Origin: an uncultured cyanobacterium
GTDB taxonomy: Bacteria; Cyanobacteriota; Cyanobacteriia; Cyanobacteriales; CAWCAG01
Reading direction: 5' to 3'
Length of the DNA: 64,000 nt
Assembly: GCA_963803805.1 (NCBI GenBank)
Contig: CAWDOD010000011.1
Span: forward strand, 512,001-576,000
A program made the translations under genes and the position numbers. Positions 59,245 to 64,000 of this stretch are shown here, piece by piece. The notes under the pieces were generated by a model that ran no database searches, had not been told where the DNA came from, and was given only the letters and a program-made list of their open reading frames with translations. Each line of letters opens with the position of its first letter. The stretch's first letter is position 1.

Positions 59245-59961
59245 TTAAAGCAGTTTGGTCTTCAGCAAACGCTTGTACTCAGATTTAATTGTGCCGTAAC
59301 ATTCACAGGCCATGTCTTCCAAGCTAGGGCGATTGATGATAATAATGTTACCGCGACTGTATCGGATCATTCCTTGCTTCTGGAAGGAGATAGCTATTTC
59401 AGTAACGCTAGCACGGCGTACTCCCAACATCAGAGCAATAAATTTTTGTGTTAAAGGCAAAGTATCTTCTTGCAGGGAGTCGTGAACTAATAATAGCCAG
59501 CGCGCAAATCGTTTTTCGATGCTATGGTGAGATCGACAAGCAGCAATCTGGGAAACTTGACTAAATTGTGCTTGGGTATAAAGTAGCAATAACTTTTGTA
59601 GTTCTTTCCCTCTTTGAAACTCCACTTTAATTACCTCCGCAGGAAGTTTCCAAGCAGTACCAGGAATTTGCACAATTGTGCGAGTTGTAGTTGAATTTCC
59701 ACCCCAAATAGCAGTTAATCCTACCATGCCTTCATTGCCCACCGAGGCAATTTCGGTGGTAGATTGATTAGATAGCACTAAAACCAGAGAAAATATGGCA
59801 TCTTGGGGAAAGTAAACCTCTGTAATCGTTTCGCTAGATTCGTGTACAACTTGCCCCCTATTCAGGGAAATCTTTTCTAAGTCGGGTAATAGATGCTGGT
59901 AAGTAGAGGCAAATAAACTAGCTAGTAGTTGATTATTCAGAGCAAAAACCGCGTTAAGCAT
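59245..59961 (-). CDS. Crp/Fnr family transcriptional regulator (paralog)
   Basis: VGNEGMVG, AACRSHHSIEKRFARWLL, LTQKFIALMLGVRRASVT. Confidence 0.93.
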   Translation of the reverse strand: MLNAVFALNNQLLASLFASTYQHLLPDLEKISLNRGQVVHESSETITEVYFPQDAIFSLVLVLSNQSTTEIASVGNEGMVGLTAIWGGNSTTTRTIVQIPGTAWKLPAEVIKVEFQRGKELQKLLLLYTQAQFSQVSQIAACRSHHSIEKRFARWLLLVHDSLQEDTLPLTQKFIALMLGVRRASVTEIAISFQKQGMIRYSRGNIIIINRPSLEDMACECYGTIKSEYKRLLKTKLL

Positions 59962-60216
59962 AAATTTGTTAGTCTCCTAATGCTATTTTGTTATTAGCCC
60001 AAAAAAGCTAAGCATTAAGAAAAAATATCGACAATAATAACCCAATGTCAGGCAAAATTTGCTTTAGGAATAGTGGAGAAATATTATTATTGCTAAGATA
60101 GCTAACTTCACTATATAGTCATCTTAAAGCTATTTGAGTAAACTATTGCAAATTTACTAAATTTGTCTATCTTTTATTATCTAAATAGCACTTAAGTTTG
60201 TACTCTTGTAAATAAA

Positions 60217-60237
60217 GTACATAATCGTACAGACAAA
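60217..60237. promoter_or_regulatory. Crp-type operator GTACATAATCGTACAGACAAA
   Basis: Same GTAC-N6-GTAC core; a near copy lies on the minus strand at 58172-58192. Confidence 0.6.
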
Positions 60238-60270
60238 AATTATCTGATCCCAATTTTTTTGATAGTTTAA

Positions 60271-61257
60271 TTAATTAGCTTCCTGGGGAGAAATCACATA
60301 TTCAGAAGGAACTGCTTCTGCCTTACCAGCTTCTACTAAAGCTTGGTAAATCATCGCTGCTACTTCTGCGCGAGTTGCTGCTTGTTCTGGTTTTAGCAAG
60401 TTGGGATCGGGATGATTAACCACTAAACCATTTTCTGTTGCCGCAGCAACTTGATTTGTTGCCCATTGTGGGAGTTGATTTTTATCTTGAAAAATATCTA
60501 AAGTTTTAGCTGGTTCTGAAGGGGGTTGTAAAGTAAAACCAGAAGCTAAGGCGACAAGAACTTGGTAGCGGGGTATTTCTTGTTGGGGGCGAAAAGTATT
60601 TTGAGGATAACCTTTCAAAAAGCCAGTCTTTACTGATTTAGCTATTTGAGTAAAAGAGTCATTTTGGGTAGTAACATCTTCAAATTGAACTTCAGCAATT
60701 GCTTCGGCTTCATCACCAAATGCCCTAGATAATTGGATAGCAAATTCTTCCCTAGTTACAGGTTGATCGGGATAAAAATTACCGTCTTCTGCTCCTTTAA
60801 CAATATTTTCTTCCGCAACTTTTTCAATAAAAGGATAAGCCCAATAATCTAAAGGAACATCAGGAAATCTTAATTTTTTCTCAGTATCTTCTGGTGCAGT
60901 TTGTTGGGCTGTTGCTTCCTCTTCTCTTACTAAAGGAGGAAGCATATATAAGCTTTCTGGTCTATTTCCTACGGCTTTTTTTTCTCCTTCAGCATCTACT
61001 TTAGGAACTACAGTTTTTTTAGGTTCTTCAATAACTTGAGACTCTTCTTCCCCCCCTGGAACTTCCTCAATCCCCGGTTTAATTGCAATTACGGGAGTAT
61101 CGTTATTAAAAAATTTATTGAGGAACCTAAACCTACTACCATTTCTCGTTAAGCCCCAAAAAAGCAAAGCACCAACAGTTAAAAATGCGACGATAATTGC
61201 AATTAATTCATCTAAGCTTAGTCTTCTTCTCGGAGATGGAGGTGGGGAGTTAGTCAT
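60271..61257 (-). CDS. S-layer homology (SLH) domain protein with N-terminal TM
   Basis: FPDVPLDYWAYPFI, FYPDQPVTREEFA, GYPQNTFRP, ATRAEVAAMIYQAL. Confidence 0.9.
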   Translation of the reverse strand: MTNSPPPSPRRRLSLDELIAIIVAFLTVGALLFWGLTRNGSRFRFLNKFFNNDTPVIAIKPGIEEVPGGEEESQVIEEPKKTVVPKVDAEGEKKAVGNRPESLYMLPPLVREEEATAQQTAPEDTEKKLRFPDVPLDYWAYPFIEKVAEENIVKGAEDGNFYPDQPVTREEFAIQLSRAFGDEAEAIAEVQFEDVTTQNDSFTQIAKSVKTGFLKGYPQNTFRPQQEIPRYQVLVALASGFTLQPPSEPAKTLDIFQDKNQLPQWATNQVAAATENGLVVNHPDPNLLKPEQAATRAEVAAMIYQALVEAGKAEAVPSEYVISPQEAN

Positions 61258-61403
61258 AAGTAATAAGTCATAAGTAATAAGTAATAAGTAAAGAATATAC
61301 TTATTACTGCTAGAGAGTCAGCATACGTCTTTTGAAGTTTAATTTCAAGTTTGGGCAATACCAATCTTAATTAAAAACTAGCCATTAGCCATTAGCAAAT
61401 ATA

Positions 61404-63194
61404 TCAATCAATGCGAAAATCAAACGGTAAGCGGGTATAAGAATTTTTAGGATCATTCAAGCTGCGGAGAACATCTAAATCTTTCTTTAACCGGAGAAAT
61501 TCTGCTGTTAAAGGATCAAGCTGCTTAGTTTCTGATTCCCCAAGTAAGTTTTCTAAAAGTTCTTCTTCTAAAGTACGCTGTTCAGGATACTCTGTTAATT
61601 CCCAATCATCTTCTAATTCAGCTTTTTGGGCAGCATAGGCGATCGCCGCATCAACTCCACCAATTTGATCCACTAAACCAATTTCTTTCGCATCTTTCCC
61701 TGACCAGACTCTACCTTGGGCGATTTCTGCTACCTTTTCTTTAGGTAAGTTACGAGACTTAGCAACCTTATCAAGAAACTTATTATAAATATCGTCAACA
61801 TATTTTTGATAAATAGCTAACTCTTCAGGAGTTTTCGGGCGATCAACTCCCTCTGTATCAGCGAAGGTTCCTGTTTTAACCACATCCCAATTTAGCCCGT
61901 TATCAGTAGCCAACTTTTGAACATTGGGCAACAAACCAAATACACCGATAGAACCAGTGATAGTATTGGGTTCAGCGAAAATCTGATCAGAAGCAGTAGA
62001 AATCCAATAACCTCCCGAAGCTGCCACATCCCCCATAGAGATAATTACAGGCTTATCTTCCCGAATCAACTGTAACTCCCGCAAAATGATTTCAGAAGCA
62101 GTAGCACTTCCCCCAGGGCTATTAACCCGCAAAACTACCGCTTTGACATCTTCGTCGCGACGAATTTCTCTCAACTCCTCTGCAAAGCGACTGCTACCAA
62201 CTTCTTGGAGTTGCCCTTCTCCATTCACAATTGCCCCTTCAGCATAAACAACAGCTATTTTATTACCCGAAGATCGCCCCTTATTTTCTACCGCTTCGGC
62301 ATAGGTACTCAGGGAGATTTTGCGAAAAGATTCATCTTCCTTTTCTTCGATATCCGTTAGTTCCTTAAGCTGATCTATAACCTCATCAAAATAGGCTAAC
62401 TGATCTACTAAACCTGAAGCTTTTGCTTCTTCTGGCAACAATAATCCTTTAGTACTAGCAATGGTTTGAAGTTGCTTTGCCGGCAATTCCCGGCTTTTAC
62501 CCACTGTGGTAAGAAATTCTCCCCAAAGATCCCACAATAAATCCTGGGTTTGTTGGCGATTTTCCTGGCTGAAACTAGTGTTAATAAAAGGTTCTACCGC
62601 AGATTTATATTTCCCCACCCGAATTACTTGTACCCCAACTCCATACTTTTCTAGCGCCCCAGCCAGAAAAAGTTGTTGAGAACTTAAACCATTAATTTCC
62701 ATCCCTCCCATGGGATTAACGATCACCTGATCCGCAACAGAGGCTAAATAATAGTCTCTTTCTCCCCAATCTAGGTTATAAGCAATAATCGGTTTTCCTG
62801 CGGCTTTAAACTCTTCTAAGGCTGCCCTCACTTCCGTTAAAGTGGCGTAGCCTGTAGCAATGTCACCTTCATTGCTACCATCCAAAAACAAACCGACAAT
62901 TCTCTCATCATCCTTAGCTTGTTCCAACGAATCAAGAACTTGACGCAGGGTAATCATACTGTTTTCTTCCCCAGCGAGGGCTTCTCCTAAACTAGCAGGG
63001 GGATTAGTGTCTCGAATGGGTAACGAAAGATTCATCACCAAAACCGACTCATTTTTAACTTTTGGCCCTTCTTCTTCAACGGTGGCAGCAACTAAAATAG
63101 CGATTAACCCTGCTGCACCTAAAGCCATAAACAGGAATAAAGCAATAAGAGTACCAACGGTGCTAGCGAAGGTTTGTTTGAGAAACTGTTTCAT
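61404..63194 (-). CDS. sppA: Signal peptide peptidase SppA (67K type)
   Basis: VGKYKSAVEP, RVNSPGGS, AASGGYW, TGSIGV; real start at MKQFLKQ (ATG 63194). Confidence 0.95.
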   Translation of the reverse strand: MKQFLKQTFASTVGTLIALFLFMALGAAGLIAILVAATVEEEGPKVKNESVLVMNLSLPIRDTNPPASLGEALAGEENSMITLRQVLDSLEQAKDDERIVGLFLDGSNEGDIATGYATLTEVRAALEEFKAAGKPIIAYNLDWGERDYYLASVADQVIVNPMGGMEINGLSSQQLFLAGALEKYGVGVQVIRVGKYKSAVEPFINTSFSQENRQQTQDLLWDLWGEFLTTVGKSRELPAKQLQTIASTKGLLLPEEAKASGLVDQLAYFDEVIDQLKELTDIEEKEDESFRKISLSTYAEAVENKGRSSGNKIAVVYAEGAIVNGEGQLQEVGSSRFAEELREIRRDEDVKAVVLRVNSPGGSATASEIILRELQLIREDKPVIISMGDVAASGGYWISTASDQIFAEPNTITGSIGVFGLLPNVQKLATDNGLNWDVVKTGTFADTEGVDRPKTPEELAIYQKYVDDIYNKFLDKVAKSRNLPKEKVAEIAQGRVWSGKDAKEIGLVDQIGGVDAAIAYAAQKAELEDDWELTEYPEQRTLEEELLENLLGESETKQLDPLTAEFLRLKKDLDVLRSLNDPKNSYTRLPFDFRID

Positions 63195-63290
63195 AGGGAG
63201 ATAGGGAGATAGGGAGATAGGGAGATAGGGAGATAGGGAGGTAGGGAGGTAGGGAGGTAGGGAGATAGGGAGATAGGGAGATAGGGGGGT
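63195..63290. repeat. Tandem 8-mer array AGGGAG(A/G)T (~12 units)
   Basis: Read directly; related short arrays near 2083-2110 and 27415-27444. Confidence 0.9.
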
Positions 63291-63321
63291 AGGGGGAAAA
63301 AACAATCTTACCCATTACCTA

Positions 63322-63366
63322 TTAGCAACTAGCAACTAGCAACTAGCAACTAGCAATTAGCAATTA
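63322..63366. repeat. Heptamer STRR array TAGCAA(C/T)
   Basis: About six tandem units; similar heptamers near 15470, 27450, 36000 and 61378. Confidence 0.85.
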
Positions 63367-63369
63367 ACC

Positions 63370-64000
63370 CTATCCTAACTTTTGTAGAGAATTTGAGTTT
63401 TGTAAATCAACTAAATTAGCATTACCAGTACAAAAAAGGACGGTGGTAATTTCGGCTATGAGGAGATTAACCAATTCTTGTAAAGCTTCTGGAGAATCAG
63501 TTGCTGCTTGTAGAAAAGGCCAAGCTAAACCTGCTAAATCTGCACCAAGGGCGATCGCCTTCGCTACTTCTAAACCATTACGCAACCCTCCGGAGGCAAT
63601 GAGGGGAATATGAGGGAAAAGATTGCGAATCTCCACCAAACATTCAGCAGTGGGTAAACCCCAGTCAGCAAAGGTTTGTCCTAAGCGCCTTTGCAAAGGA
63701 TTTTCTGCCCGTTCACTTTCTACTTTTGCCCAAGAAGTTCCCCCCGCCCCAGCAACATCAATAGCCCTTACACCAATATTAATTAGCTGTTGTGCCATCG
63801 GTGCAGAGATGCCATTACCTACTTCTTTAACAATTGCTGGCACTGGTAGTTTTCTACATAAAATTTCGATTTTGTCAAGAAGCCCGCGAAAATTTGTATC
63901 ACCATTACTTTGAATACACTCTTGGAGAGGATTGAGATGTAAAATCAGTGCATCAGCTTCGAGGAGATCCACTACCTGCAAACATTGCTCAATACCATAA
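63370..64000 (-). CDS. fni: Type 2 isopentenyl-diphosphate delta-isomerase, 5'-partial
   Basis: [32 protein letters not shown]; frame open to the window edge. Confidence 0.94.
   Translation of the reverse strand, partial: YGIEQCLQVVDLLEADALILHLNPLQECIQSNGDTNFRGLLDKIEILCRKLPVPAIVKEVGNGISAPMAQQLINIGVRAIDVAGAGGTSWAKVESERAENPLQRRLGQTFADWGLPTAECLVEIRNLFPHIPLIASGGLRNGLEVAKAIALGADLAGLAWPFLQAATDSPEALQELVNLLIAEITTVLFCTGNANLVDLQNSNSLQKLG

Noticed and set aside
63195-63305. N-terminal extension of SppA (PLSPYLPISL...)
   Set aside because: Translation of the 8-mer repeat array; the real start is ATG 63194.
1-64000. tRNA/rRNA genes
   Set aside because: None recognised by eye; a covariance-model scan would be needed to exclude them.

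Overview
Cyanobacterial chromosomal window (AT-rich, dense in HIP1 GCGATCGC octamers, STRR/REP-type intergenic repeats). Housekeeping genes include crtE, clpS, recG, mnmH, ggt, upp, miaB, sppA and fni. Signalling genes include two hybrid histidine kinases, a response regulator, an adenylate cyclase, a Ser/Thr kinase, an FHA-PBP and two Crp/Fnr regulators. An accessory 18-kb block (37898-55867) is bounded by two inverted 1328-bp IS4-like elements that cut four gene ends. It holds WD40/STAND remnants, xisH/xisI, an LRR protein, a Tat-signal caspase and a TPR-CHAT protease. The best candidate for an undescribed system is a three-gene unit at 2249-4857: a divergent Lgt-like protein, a radical SAM enzyme with the motif layout of the tetraether synthase (Tes/GDGT-MAS, MJ0619) family, and a small membrane protein. 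Elements missing from the ORF track include an IsaR1-like Fur-regulated sRNA near upp, two small Zn-ribbon ORFs with repeated Crp-type operators, a shared 36-bp upstream element in front of the caspase and CHAT genes, a duplicated WD40 3' end bracketing xisHI, and two single-base frameshifts. All family assignments are from motif recognition only; no searches were run.
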